Assembly (NCBI RefSeq): GCF_009914755.1
Contig: NC_060947.1
Direction: 5' to 3' (one strand)
DNA length: 64,000 nucleotides
Source: the human T2T-CHM13v2.0 reference genome, Homo sapiens
Shown here: piece by piece, positions 29,727 through 43,300 of the stretch
Position numbering within the stretch: position 1 is the first letter of the stretch
Layout: each line of letters begins with the position of its first letter
Position numbers and translations under genes: made by a program
The notes under the pieces: generated by a model
Seen by the model: only the letters and a program-made list of their open reading frames with translations
Database searches by the model: none
Told to the model about the DNA's origin: nothing

Positions 29727-31012
29727 CGAGAGGTCTTCAAAAAGATCTTGGAAAATGCATATTATAAAAAGATGCATAAATTTTAAATTTTTTTGCACCA
29801 AAATGAACTTATTACTTTTTATAACATATCTGAACAGGGTCCTGGGTGAATCATTAAGAAGGATAAGACATCAGTTTGAATAAAGCTTCTATCAGAGCAA
29901 CATAAAGTCTGATAAAATTAAAGCAAGAGCAAACATCAAATTTATGGTGGAGTTTGGGTGGAAGAAGAATAAAATCATTGACGCTTTAGAAAAAAATTAT
30001 TGGGAGAATGCCCCAGAAAAATTAGAGGTTTAAAAATAGATAATGTGTTTTTAAAAGGGAGGAGTCAATGTTGAAGATAAAACATGCAATGGCAGATTAT
30101 CCCAACAGTTTGTGAGAAAAAAAATTATTTTGTTTGTACTCTAATTGAAGTGCGCCAATGATTAACATTAAAAAATAGCCAATACCATAGACATGACAGT
30201 TGATTCAGCTTACACAATTATGACTGAAAAATTATAGCTGAGAAATCTTAATGGGTATCACATTGTGAAATCGATGGATATCACAACTGTTGAGCCCAAA
30301 TCAGCTGCAGAAATGAGCAGAGCTTTCAAAGGAAATTTTAAACAAATGAGGATCAAGATCCTGAAGTATTTCTCCAATAATTTTAATAGGGAATGAAAGA
30401 TGGCTTTACCAATATGACCTTCAAAACAAAGCACAATCAGAGCAATGGCTATTCATAGGCAGAAGTGATTCAGTCAAGTGAAAAGAGACTGGTCAAGAGC
30501 AAAGTTCATGGAAAGGGATTTGGGGGGATTTTTAAGGCATTTTTCTTGTTGACTGTTTGGAGGGAAAAATAACGATAACATCTGCTTATTATGACAGTGA
30601 TCTGAGAAAGTTAGGAAAAGCTTTAGCAGAACAACCTCTGAAAAAGCTTCACCAGAAAGTTCTTCTCCACCATGACAATGTTCCTGCTCATTCCTCTCAT
30701 CAAACATGGACAATTTTGCAAGAATTTTGATGGGAAGGTATCCACCTTCTAGTCTTGATTAGACTTCTTCTGAAATCTTTTTGTTATCTAAACTTAAAGA
30801 GGACACCCGTTTTTTTTCTGTTAATAATTTAAGAAAAGACTACATTGACATGGATACATTCACAGGGTCCTAAATTATTTAGGAATTGACTAAATGTCTA
30901 GTATCATCACTTTAAGTTTTGAACTTGGTGGCACTTATGTTGAAAGATAAAGTTTATGGTTTTATATTTATCATTTAATCCCATTTTCCATGAACTTTTT
31001 GAAGCTTCCTCC
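29727..31012 (+). mobile_element. Full-length HSMAR2 mariner transposon with dead transposase
   Basis: TIRs cgagaggtcttcaaaaagatcttggaaaatg / cattttccatgaactttttgaagcttcctcc; start codon now ATA (29902); decayed catalytic motifs IGNERW (for TGDETW, 30386), HHDNVPAH (30668), PPSSLD* (~30742). Confidence 0.92.
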
Positions 31013-31224
31013 TATATATGTGTGTGTGTGTGTGTATATATATGTGTGTGTGTGTGTATACACATAGTGCCACATAGTAAATGGTACATTACCACTCTTA
31101 AAGTGCAAAATTATGACAGTTTCTTTTATTCTGTATAGTCCCGAAAAGAGTTAAAAACAAAAAATGGAACTGATTATATAATAAATGATTGGTAATTAGT
31201 ATGATAGGCATGACTATAACAATT

Positions 31225-31350
31225 AGTGATGATGCTAATAGTTACCATTTACTGAGTGTTTATTACTTGCTATGAACTGTGTGTGTGTATATATGTTTAT
31301 ATATACAAAGATAGGCTCAAAGAGGTTAAGCATAGGGCCAAGATTTAAGT
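31225..31350 (-). mobile_element. MIR remnant
   Basis: taatagttaccatttactgagtgtttattac and aggctcaaagaggttaag. Confidence 0.55.
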
Positions 31351-31913
31351 AGGATGAGGTCGTCATTGGTCATAATGGGGTGAGATTTTTCTATATATTC
31401 AAAAACCAAACAGGACTGCTTTTTATTGTTTAAAATATACAGTGGCATATTAATATTCACACAAAGATAGATTTAAGTAATAAAAACAATTCCTTATTGA
31501 GATAATTGAGCCCATTAAGCCAGGATCTAAAAATTCTTGCTTTGCTATTACATTTTAATCACTTGGTCCAAATTTCATATATTGAATAAAAAGTTATTTC
31601 TAATAATTCTACTGCTTTGATAATTAATTCACTCAATAATCAAAAGATGTAATTTATGAGTATGAAGACATGAGCTATCAACAAAGTAATTCAAATCAAG
31701 CATTTTATTTTTAGTTATCTTAGTTAAATTTTTTAAAAACTCTGGTTGATTTGGCTGACCTGATTATTTATAAAATGTTCATTTAAAAGAAAATTCATGT
31801 AAATCCCTCCTAAAGCTATAAGTTTGATATCCACAAAGACAACATTCCCAGAGAAATGAAGAAAATTCTTCAGCAGAATATAGAAATATATGCAATATAC
31901 CTTCAAAGCAACC

Positions 31914-33802
31914 TGTACTAGTCTGTTCTCGTGCTGCTAATAAAGTTGTACCCAGAACTAGGTAATTTATAAAGGAAAGAGGTTTAATTGACTCAAAGTT
32001 CCAAATGGCTGGGAAGGCCTTAAAATCATGGCAGAAAATGAAGAGGAAGCAAGACATGTCTTACATGGCAGCAGGCAAGAGAGGGCATGTGCAGGGGAAC
32101 TGCCTTTATGAAACCATCAGATCTCATGAGACTTATTCACTGTCATGAGAATATCACAGAAAAGACACACCCCCATTATTCAATTAACTCCCACCAGGTC
32201 CCTCCTGTGACATGTGGGAATTATGGAAGCTACAATTCAAAATGAGATTTGGGTGGGGACACAGCCAAACCATGTAATTCCATCCCCAGCCCCTCCTAAT
32301 CTCATGTCCTCACATTCCAAAACCAATCATGCCTTCCCAACAGTCCCCCAAAGTCTTAACTCATTTCAGCATTAACTCAAAAGTCCACAGTCCAAAGTCT
32401 CATCTGAGACAAGGAAGACCCTTCCACCTATGAGCCTGTAAAATAAAAAGCAAGTTAGTTATTTCACAGGCATACTGGAGGAAGAGACACTGGGTAAATA
32501 TTCCCATTCCAAATGGGAGAAATTGGCCAAAACAAAGGGGCTACAGCCCCATTCAAGTCTGTAATCCAATAGGGCAGTTATTAAACCTTAAAGTTCCATA
32601 ATAATCTCCATTGACTCCGTGTCTCACATCCAGGTTATACTGATGCAAAAGGTGGGCACCTCTGCCCCTGTGTCTTTACAGGGTACAGCCCTCCTCTTGG
32701 CTGCTTTCACTGGCTTGTATTGAGTATTTGTGGCTTTTTTAGGTGCATGATGCAAGTGTGGATCTACCATTCTGGGGTCTGGAGGACAGTGGCCCTCTTC
32801 TCACAGCTCCACTAGGGGGTGCCCCAGTGGGGACTTTGTGTGGGGGCTCCAACACCACATTTCCCTTCTTTACTACCTTAGTAGAGGTTCTCTATGAGGG
32901 CCCTGCCCTGAAGCAAACTTATGCCTGGACATCCAGGCATTTCTATACATCCTTTGACATCTAGGCAGAGGTTCCCAAACCTCAATTTTTGACTTCTGTG
33001 CACCTGTAGGCCCAACATCACGTGTAAGTTGCCAAGGCTTGGGGTTTGTACCCTCTGTTCTAGAGATCTGTGGAACTTTGAACTTGAGGGAGATTTCCCA
33101 AGTCTCTTTGCATAGAAAGAGTGACCCTTACTCCAGTTTCCAACAAGTTCCTCATCTTTATCTGAAACCACCTCAGCCTGGATTTTATTGTCCATATCAC
33201 TATCAGCATTTTGGCCAAAGCCATTTAAAAAGTTTCTAGGAAGTTCCAAACTTTCCCACATCTTCCTGTCTTCTGAGCCCTCCAAGTCTTTAGAAAGTTC
33301 CAAACCCTCCCACATTTTTATATCTTCTTCTGGGCCTTCTGAACTGTTGCAACCTCTGCCTCTTACCCAATTTCAAAGTCAATTCCACATTTTCAGGTAT
33401 CTTTACAAAAGTGCATGACTACCTGGTACCTATTTACTGTATTAGTCTGTTCTCATGCTGCTAATAAAGACATACCTTGGACTGGGTCATTTATAAAGGA
33501 AAGAAGTTTAATTGACTCAGGGTTCCACATGGCTGGGGAGGCCTCACAATCATGGCAGAAAGTGAAGGGGAAGCAAAACACGTCTTACATGGCAGCAGGC
33601 AAAAGAGAGCATGTGTGTGGGAACTCCCCTTTATAAAACCATCAGATCTCATGAGACTTATTCACTATCATGAGAACAGGACAGGAAAGACCCACCCTCA
33701 TGATTCAATTACCTCCCACCAGGTCCCTCCCATGACAGGTGGGAATTATGGGAGGTAAAATTAAAAATGAGATTTGGGTGGGGACACAGCCAACCCATAT
33801 TA
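31914..33802 (-). mobile_element. THE1 (THE1C-like) provirus, LTR-int-LTR, with internal deletion and micro-inversion
   Basis: LTRs 31914-32277 and 33438-33802; TSD caacc/ccacc; THE1-int between. Confidence 0.92.
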
Positions 33803-34416
33803 CCACCCTATAAACATCAAAATTAAAATATTCTTAATCTTTCTGCTGACCATTATTTTAAATTATATATTTACATATTTGTAGTGACTTTCTCCTTAGT
33901 TTTGCAAAATCTATAAGAATTTTACAAAAAAAGTAAAAATGTTTAACAATTTGTTAATTTTATTGTAGATTTATAATTATGGTTTTAAAAAACAAATAGT
34001 ATTCTTTAGTTGTCATTTTAATTGAACAACTCCATTTTTCAGCAAAGTGGGTCATTATAGCAGGGAAATATTAAAATGTCTTTCCATACTTGAATTTGAC
34101 ATTCTCTTCTTTTATTATATGTAAATTTTAGAAAAATAAGAATATTGTCAGAATTAATGTTTGCTGCAGTGTGAAATCCTCATTGATATGCAGTTTTTTT
34201 GGGGGGAGGGGTTTTCACTTACAGTATCTAATTGACTTAAATACTAAACTCTGAAGAAAAAAATATATATTGTTGTCTTTCTGCAGATATTGGTAAATAT
34301 AAGAAAGTTTAGTGTGCCACTGGAGTTCTACTTCTTCTTCTTCTTTTTTTTTTTCCACCATAAACTGGTTTGTATTTCCTCTCTTAGCTATCCACCACAA
34401 TCAAGACTAATAAGAA

Positions 34417-34612
34417 ATATATATATGTATATATATGTGTATATATATGTGTGTATATATATACACATATATATGTGTGTGTATATATATATATACATAT
34501 ATATGTGTATATATGTGTGTGTATATATATACATATATGTGTATATGTGTGTGTATATATGTGTGTATATATGTGTGTATATATATACATATATATACAC
34601 ACATATATATTT
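34417..34612. repeat. Compound (TA)/(TG) microsatellite, ~195 bp
   Basis: Alternating purine-pyrimidine run tatatatgtgtg... Confidence 0.95.
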
Positions 34613-35086
34613 GTATAGTGTTTCAAAGATGCTAAGAACAAAGAAGGATTACTGTTCATATATCTACACTGTTCACAATAAGACATCCTGATCTACGTGA
34701 GCTATTAGAGTAGAATTGGAGGTTGAAAAATTATTCACTAACACTTTGAACATCTTGTAAACATGCTAGTCTCCCTCACTAACTCTACTTAGTTCAAAAC
34801 ACAAAGGATCCCTAGTCAGCATTTCTTCTCTTTCTTCCGAATCCCATATTTTAACACCTGATATTATCTGGATCCACTGGTGAAGACATTATCAAAATGT
34901 TTTTCTTATCAAAATTCCTCAAAAAGTAAATAAATACATGAATCCATTCGAAATTATGAAGTCTTATCTTTCCCTTTTAAATTATGTCAAAATCATATAA
35001 GTAAATCTTAAATTAATGGCCATTTAATGTTGGAATTTTAGTCATATTCTGAGATTTATAAATATACAAACAAAAAGAAATTATCT

Positions 35087-37344
35087 TGTATTAGTCCATT
35101 TTCACACTTATATAAAGATATTACCTGAGACTGGGTAATTTATGAAAACGAAGAGGTTTAATTGACTCACAGTTTCACATAGCTGGGAAGGGCTCAGAAA
35201 CATTACAATCATGGTGGAATGTAAAGGGGAAGCATGTACAACTTCACAGTGGCAGAGCAGGAGAGAGAGAGCTCACAGGGAAAACTGCCACTTTTAAAAC
35301 CATCAGATCTCATGAGAACTCTCTCACTATTATGAGAATGGCATAGGGGAAACTGTCCCCATAATCCAATCACCTCCCACCAGGTTCCCTCCCTCAACAG
35401 GCAGGGATTACAATTCCAGATGAGATTTGGGTGCCAACACAGAGCCAAATCATATTCAACATCTGGCCCCTCCCAAATCTCATATCCTTTTCACATTTTA
35501 AAACAAATCATGCCTTCTCAACAGTTCCCCCAAAGTTTTAACTCATTCCAGCATTAACTCAAAAGTTCAAGTCCAAAGTCTCATTTAAGACAAGGCAATT
35601 TCTTTCCACCTATGAGCCTGTAAAATCAAAAGCAAGTTAGTTACTTCCAAGATACAATGCGGATACAGGCATTGGGTAAATGCTCCAATTCCAAATAGGA
35701 GAAATTGTCCAAAACAAAGGGGCTCCAGGCCCCATGCAAGTCTGAAATCCAACAGGGCAGCCATTAAATCTTAAAGCTCCAAAATACTTTCATTTGACAC
35801 CATGCCTTATATCCAGGCCACACTGATGCAAAGGGTGGGCTCCCATGCGCTTCAGCAGCTCCCCCCATGTGGCTCTGCAGGGTACAGTCCTGTGACTGTT
35901 TTCACAGGCTGGTGTTGAGTGCCTGTGACTTTTTGAAGTACATGGGGCAAGCTGTCTGTGAATCTACCATTCTGGGGTCTGAAAGACGTTGGTCTTCTTC
36001 TCAGAGCTCCACTAGGCAGTGTCCCAGTAGGAACTCTGTGCATGGGATCCAACCCCACATTTTCCTTCTGCATTGCCCTAGCCAAGATTCTCCATGAGGG
36101 CCCTGCCCCTGCAGCAGATTTCTGCCTGGACATACAGACATTTTTGTATGTCCTCTGAAATCTAGAAAGAGGTTCCCAAACCTCAACTTTAGTCTTCTGC
36201 ATACCCGCAGACCCAACACCATGTGGAAGCCACCAAGGCTTGGGGCTTCCACTCTCTGAAGCAACAGCCCAAGCTATACCTTTGCCCCTTTTAGCCACAG
36301 CTGAAGCTGGAGTGGCTGGGATGCAGGGTATCATGTCCCAGAGCTGCACAGAGCAGTGGGACCCAAGGCCTGGACCTGGAAACCATTTCCCTCTCTTAGG
36401 CCTCTTGACTTATAATGGGAGGGGCTGCCACAAAGATCTCTGAGATGCCCTGGAGACATTCTCCCCATTGTCTTGGCTTTTAACATTTGGCTACTGCAAA
36501 TTTCTGAAGCTGGCTTGAATTTCTCCTCAGACAATGCTTTTTCTTTTCTGCCACATGGTTAGGCTGCAAATTTTTTGAAACTTTTATGCTCTGCTTCCCC
36601 TTTTAACATAAGTCCCAATGTCAGGCCATCTCTCTCGGGTTCAAATATCCACAGATCTCTAGGGCAGAGGCAAAATGCTTCCAGTCTTTTTGATAAAGCA
36701 TGGCAAGAGTGACCTTTGCTTCAATTTCCAATAATCTCCTCATCTTTATCTGAGACCACCTCAGCCTGGACTTCATTGTCCATATCATTATCAGCATTTT
36801 GGTCAAAATCACTCAACAAGTCTCCAGGAAGTTCCAAACTTTCCCACATCTTCTGGTCTTCTTCTGAGCCATCCAAACTTTCGACCTCTGCCTGTTACTC
36901 AGTTACAACCTTGCTTCCATATTTTCAGGTTATCTTTACGGAAGTATCCCACTATTCTGGTACCAATTTTCTGTATTAGTCCATTCTCACACTGTTATAA
37001 AAAATCTACCTGAGATGGGGTAATTTATATACAAAAGAGGTTTAACTAACTGACAGTTCTGCATGGCTGGGGAGGCATCAGAAAACTTACAATTATGGCA
37101 CAAGATGAAGTGGAAGCAAGGCATGTCTTACATGGTGGCAGGAGAAAAAGAGAAAGCACAGGAGAAAGCACTAAACACTTATCAAAGAACCATTTCTCAT
37201 GAGAACTCCCTCACCATACCGAGAACAGCAAGGGGGAAATTTGCCTCCATGATCCAGTCATTTTCCACCAGGTCCCTCCCTTGACATGTGGGGACTACAG
37301 CTCCAGACAAGATTTGAGTGGGAACGCAGAGCCAAACTATATCA
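35087..37344 (-). mobile_element. THE1D/MSTA-like provirus, LTR-int-LTR
   Basis: LTRs 35087-35458 and 36972-37344; TSD tatct/tctct; ~1.5 kb MaLR internal region. Confidence 0.9.
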
Positions 37345-37396
37345 TCTCTAGTTAAGAAAATGTGGGAAATATTGTATTGATTAAAAATAAACATAT

Positions 37397-40300
37397 AGAA
37401 GATGGCCAACTAGACACAGCCGGGTGGAACAGCTTCCATGGAGGGAACAAGATAACTGGTATGCTTCTAACAGATCTTCAGAGGGAAGGCACCAAGAGTG
37501 CATAGAGGAAAGACACAGAAGCTTGGCCGAATGGGGAGAAATCTGGGAACCCTGCACGTGGTTACTACACACTGGGCCACAAAGTCTCTGGGGAAATGGG
37601 TGAGTTGAACTGGCCAGGAGCAACCTGCTCTTGCCATAGGCCTCAGGAACTCCAACAGGAGGAGACCCCTAAAGCACCACGTACACAAGAGTTGGCAGGG
37701 ATAGCTACTTAGAGAAGTTGTAGGGGCAGCAAGCCCGCTGATGTGGAGCCCAGAGGGTTTGGTGCTGGAGCATCTGTAGCAGAGTATGGCAAGAGACAGT
37801 CATCCTGCTAAACTTAACTTGCCGCCATAGTATACTTAAGCCCTAGGGGAACTGTCAGACCTGATCTCTGCAGGTCCATGTTGCCCATCTGATGAGGCTA
37901 GTCTAGTCTGAGCACCTATTGGTCTTGTGGCCTCTCCTGGGGTCTCAGCCTGGCCATTCCTGCTTGCAGGGCAGTCTCAGGTGCCCTGGGGACCTGCATC
38001 ATAGCTTCTGTGCTAGTGGATCATGCCAGACTGGCAGAGGCCTCCAGTAGGGTGGCCCCTATGGTCACACAGCAACTTGCATGCTCCCTCCTCATACTAA
38101 AGCTTCTCCCGGGTCCATGGAAACTCCCCATATAGTTTTGCTGGCATGTGTCTGCAGAGGCAGTTTTTCCTTTTCTTGCCCTACCAGTATGCAGAAGTAT
38201 AGTGGGCCCTCCTTCCCCCTACCAAGAACCATTGCAGATGGAGCCATGGCAGGCACAGAGCCAGTCAACCCCACCCCTGACAGCACCCTGCCCTTGGGAT
38301 AACACTAGAAAAAGAACAGCATATTCTCCCTCACACTAAGTGATCACTCCTGCTTTTGGGACAGAGAGAAAGCACTTAGACCTGTGCCTGTCAACACCCC
38401 ACCCCCAAGCCAACACCATTTCTAGCATGACCATGCACAGTTACGAGCAGGAATCCTCTGCATCCCCCCAGCTGTGTTGCCTCTGCCACTGTGGTGAATG
38501 TTCACAGGAAGGCAGGCACCCTGGGATCTGCTAGCACTCTGCCACAGGATCCACACTTCAGCACCCCCAGTTCAGTGGATTCCAAACCTCAGGAAGCCAC
38601 AGACCAAAGTCAGAGTCCAATAAAATTGTCCTAAAGTTAAGGAAGAGTCCAGGAGTTGAGAGATGAGTTTTGGTGCCCTAAAATCTTCTAGAAACCAAGA
38701 CAGTAGGCTGAATCCACCTTATACCAGAATCAAACTCTCAAGGTCATCAAATAGGAATAAAAGAGTAAAAAAGAATATCCAAAGGTTAGTAACCTTGAAG
38801 ATTGAAGGTAAGTAAGCCCACAAAAATGAGAAGGAATCAGCATAAGAACATTCAAAACTCAAAAAGCCGGAATGCTTTCTTTCCTCCAAATGATCACATC
38901 ACCTCTGCAGCAAGGGTTCTGAACCAGGCTGAGATGGTTAAAATGACAGAAATATAATTCATAATATAAGTAAGAATGAAGATAATTGAGCTACAAGTGT
39001 ATGTTGAAATCCATTTCAAGGAAGCTAAAAATTATAATAAAACAATGCAGGAGCTGACAGACAAAATAGCCATTATAGAAGAGAACATGACCAACCTGAT
39101 TGAGCTGAAAAACACAATATTAGTATTTCATAATGCTATCACAAGTATTAATAGCAGAATAGAGAAAGCAAAGGCAAAAATTTCGAAGCTTGAAGACTAG
39201 CTTTCTGAAATAACATAGTCTGACAATAATAGAGAAAAAAGAATTAAAATGAATGAACAGAATCTCAGAGAAATATAGGATTATGTAAAGAGACTGAATC
39301 TATGACCTATTGGTGTTCCTGAAAGAGTTGGAAAGAATGGAACCTACTTGCAAAACATATCTTATGATACCATCTATAAGAACTCCCCCAACCTAACTAG
39401 AGAGGTCAACATTATATTTCAGGAAATGTAGAGAACTCCACTTCACAAGAAGATAATCCCCAAGACACTTAATCATCAGCTTCTCCAAGGTCAAAATGAA
39501 AGAAATGAGGTTAAAGGCTGCTGGAGAGAAAGGTCAGATAATCTACAAAGAGAAGCCAATTAGACTAAAAACAAACCTCTCTGCAGAAATCCTGCAAGCC
39601 AGAAGAGATCCAATATACTACATTCCTAAAGAAAATAAATTCCACCCCAGAATTTTATATCCAGCCAAACTAAGCTGCATAAACAAAGGAGAAATAAGAT
39701 TTTTTTTCAGACAAGCAAATGCTGAGGGAATTTGTTACCACCAGACCTACCATACAAGAACTTGTAAAGGAAGCATGAAATATGGGAAGGCAAGAGCATT
39801 ACCAGCTACTAGAGAAACATACTTAAGTACACAGATCAGGGATACTATAAAGTAATCACATAAAAACCTTCTGCAAAAAAACCAGCTAACATTATGTTGG
39901 CAGAATCAAATTCACACATATCAATACTAACCTTGAATGCAAATGGGCTAAATACCCTAATTAAAAGACATAGAGTGGCAAGCTGGATAAAAAACCAAGA
40001 CCCATTGGTATGCTGTCTTCAAGGGATTTATCTCACATGCAATGAAACACATAGATTTAAAATAAAAAAAGATGGAGAAAAATCTACCAAGCAAATGAAA
40101 AACAGAAAGAAAGCAGAGGTTGCAATCCTAGCTTCAGACAAAGCAGACTTTAAACCAACAAAGATCAAAAAAGACAAAGAAAGGCATTACATAAAGGTAA
40201 AAGGTTCAATTTAACAAGATGTAACTATACTAAGTATATTTGCACCCAATACATGAGCACCCAGATTCATAAAGCAACTTTTTAGAGACCTTCAAAGAGA

Positions 40301-43300
40301 CTTAGACTCCCATGCAATAATGAGATAGTGTAAGATTCCATTAACAATAATAGATCATTGAGAAAGACAATTAACAAAGATATTTATGATCTGAAATCAT
40401 GACTGTATTAAATGTAACTAATAGATATCTACAAAACTCTCTACCCAAAAACAACAGAACATACATTCTTCTTGTTACAACATGGCAAACACTCTAAAAT
40501 TGATCACATTATTGGAAGTAAAACACTCCTGAGCAAATGTTAAATAATAACTGAAATTATAACAATATCTTAGACCACAATGCAATCAAAGTAGAAATCA
40601 AGACTAAGAAATTCACTCAAAACCATACAATTCCACAGAAATTGAATAGCCAGCTCCTGAGTGGCTTTTGGGTAAATAGTGAAATTAGGGCAAGAATCAG
40701 GAAGTTTTTTGAAACTAATCAAAACAAATATAGAACATACCAGAATCTCTGGGACATAGTTAAGTTCCTCTGGCCAGTGTTCACAGGGAAATTCATAGCA
40801 CTAAATATCCACATCAAAAAATTAGAAAGACCTCAGGTTAGTAACCTAACATAACAACTATAAGGACCAGAGAACCAAGAGAAAACAAATCCCAAAGCTA
40901 GGGGAAGACAAGAAAGAAGGAGACTGAGACATAAGAAAACATTCGAAATATTGACAAATCCAAGAGCTGTATTTTTAGTTAATAAATTAGACTGCAAGCT
41001 AAACTAAAAATGAAGAAAAGAGAGATGATTCAAATAAACACAATCAGAAATGACAAAGGGGATATTACCACTGACCCTACAGAAAATAAAAAGAACCATC
41101 AGAGAATAATATAAACATCTCTATGGACACAAACTAGAAATTCTAGAAGAAATGAATAAATTCCTTGACACATACACCCTCTCAAGACTGAATCAGGAAG
41201 AAACTGTATCCCTAAACAGACTAATAATGAGCTCTGCAATTGAGTCTGTAATAAATAGCCTACAAACCAAAAAAAGCCCAGGACCTGACAGATTCACAGC
41301 TGAATTCTATCAGATGTACAAAAAAGAGCTGTTAGCGTTCATGTTGACATTATTTCAAAAAGTTGATAAATAAAGACTCTTACCTAACTCATTCTGTGAA
41401 GCTAACATAATTCTGATACCAACACCTGGCAGAGACAGAACAGGTAAAGAAAACTTCAGGACAATATCCTTGACAAACATTAAGGCAAAAATCCTCAACA
41501 GAATACTGACAAAACTAAATCCAGCAGCACACCAAAAAGCTTATCCACCATTATCAAGCAGGCTTTACCCCTTAGATGCAAGGTTGGTTCAACATACACA
41601 AATCCATACATGTGACTCATCAAATAAATATAATTAAATAAAAAAATGAAAGATTATCTCAACAGATACAGAAAGCCTTTCAAGAAAATTCAACACAACT
41701 TCAGGTTAAAATTTCTCAATATACTGGGTATTGAAGAGACATACTTCAAAATAATAAGAGACATCTAAGACAAACCCACAGCCACTGTGCTTCATACTGA
41801 ATGAGCAAAAGCTGAGAGCATTCCCCTTGAAAGCCAGTGCTAAACAAAAAGGCCCTGTCTCATCACTCTTATTAAACATAATACTGGAAGTCCTGGCCAG
41901 GCAACAAGACAAGGGAAAGAAATAAATTGCATCCAAATAGGAAGAGCGGAGGACAAACTATCATTGTTTGCAGCAGAGTTTATTCTACATCTAAAAAACC
42001 CCATAGTATCTGCCCAAGAGCTTCTTAAGCTGGCAGACAAATTCAGCAGTCTTTGGAAACAAACTCAATGTGCAAAAATCACACATTCCTATACACCAAC
42101 AACAGTCAAGCAAAGAGACAAATCAGGAATGCAATCCCATTCAAAACTGCCACAAATAAAGAATAAAAAACTTAGAAATACAGCTAATCAGGAAGGTTAA
42201 AGATCTCTACAAGGAGCACTACAAAACACTTCTCAAAGAAATCAGAGATGACACAAACAGATAGAAAAACATTCCTTGTTCATTAATAGAAAGAATCAAT
42301 ATCATTAAAATGTCTGAACTGCACAAAGCAACTTACAGATTAAACGCTGTTCCTATTAAGTTACTGACCTTCTTCACAGATAGAAAAATTATTTTAAAAT
42401 TCATATGGATCAAAAACGACCCCACATTGTTAACGACATCCTAAGCAAAAAGAACAAAGCTAGAGGCATCACGCTGCCCTACTTCAAACTACACTAGAGT
42501 GCTGCAGTAACCAAAACAGCATGCTACTGGCACAAAAACAGACTCATAGACCAATGGAACAGAATAGAGAACCGAGAAATAAGACCTCATACCTACAACT
42601 ATCTGATCATTGACAAATCTGACAAAAATATGCAGTGAAGAAAGGATTCCTTATTCAATAAATGGTGCTGGGATAACTGGTTAGTTATATCCCCAAAATG
42701 GAAACTTAGCCCTTTTCTTACAACATATACAGAAATTAACTCAAGATTGATTGAAAACTTAAATGTAAAGCTCAAAACTATAAAAACCCTGGAAGATGAC
42801 CTAGGCAATACTATCCTGGGCATAGGAATAGGCAAAGATTTCATGATAAAGATGCCAAAAGCAATAATAACAAAAACAAAAATTGACAAATGGAATCTAA
42901 TGAAACTAAAAATCTGCACAGCAAAGGAAACTATCAACAGAGTGAAAAGGCCAACCTACAGAATGGAAAAAAATTTGCAAACTGTACGTCTGACAAAGGT
43001 CTAATATCTACAATCTATAACAAATTCAAACAAATTTACAAAAAAAACACCACCCCATTAAAAAGTGGGCAAAGGACATAAGCAGACGCTTTTCAATAGA
43101 AGACATACATATGGCCAACAATTATATAAAAAATAACTCATGACACTGATCATAAGATAAAATAAAATAAAAACCACAGTGAGATACCATCTCACAACAG
43201 TGGCAATGGCTGTTATTAAAAAGTCAAAAAATAACAGATGCTGGTTAGGTTGCAGAGGAAAAGGAATGTTTATACATTATTGGCGGGAGTTTAAATTAGT

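Noticed and set aside
29902-30950. HSMAR2 as an active or domesticated transposase
   Set aside because: Start codon lost, first catalytic Asp replaced, stops and frameshifts; no long plus-strand ORF
33228-33340. ~53-bp tandem duplication in THE1-int
   Set aside because: I recall this duplication in many THE1 internal sequences, so it is probably a subfamily feature; not verified
34290-34691. Overlapping Y/I/H/T/V/C-rich ORFs
   Set aside because: Translations of a TA/TG microsatellite
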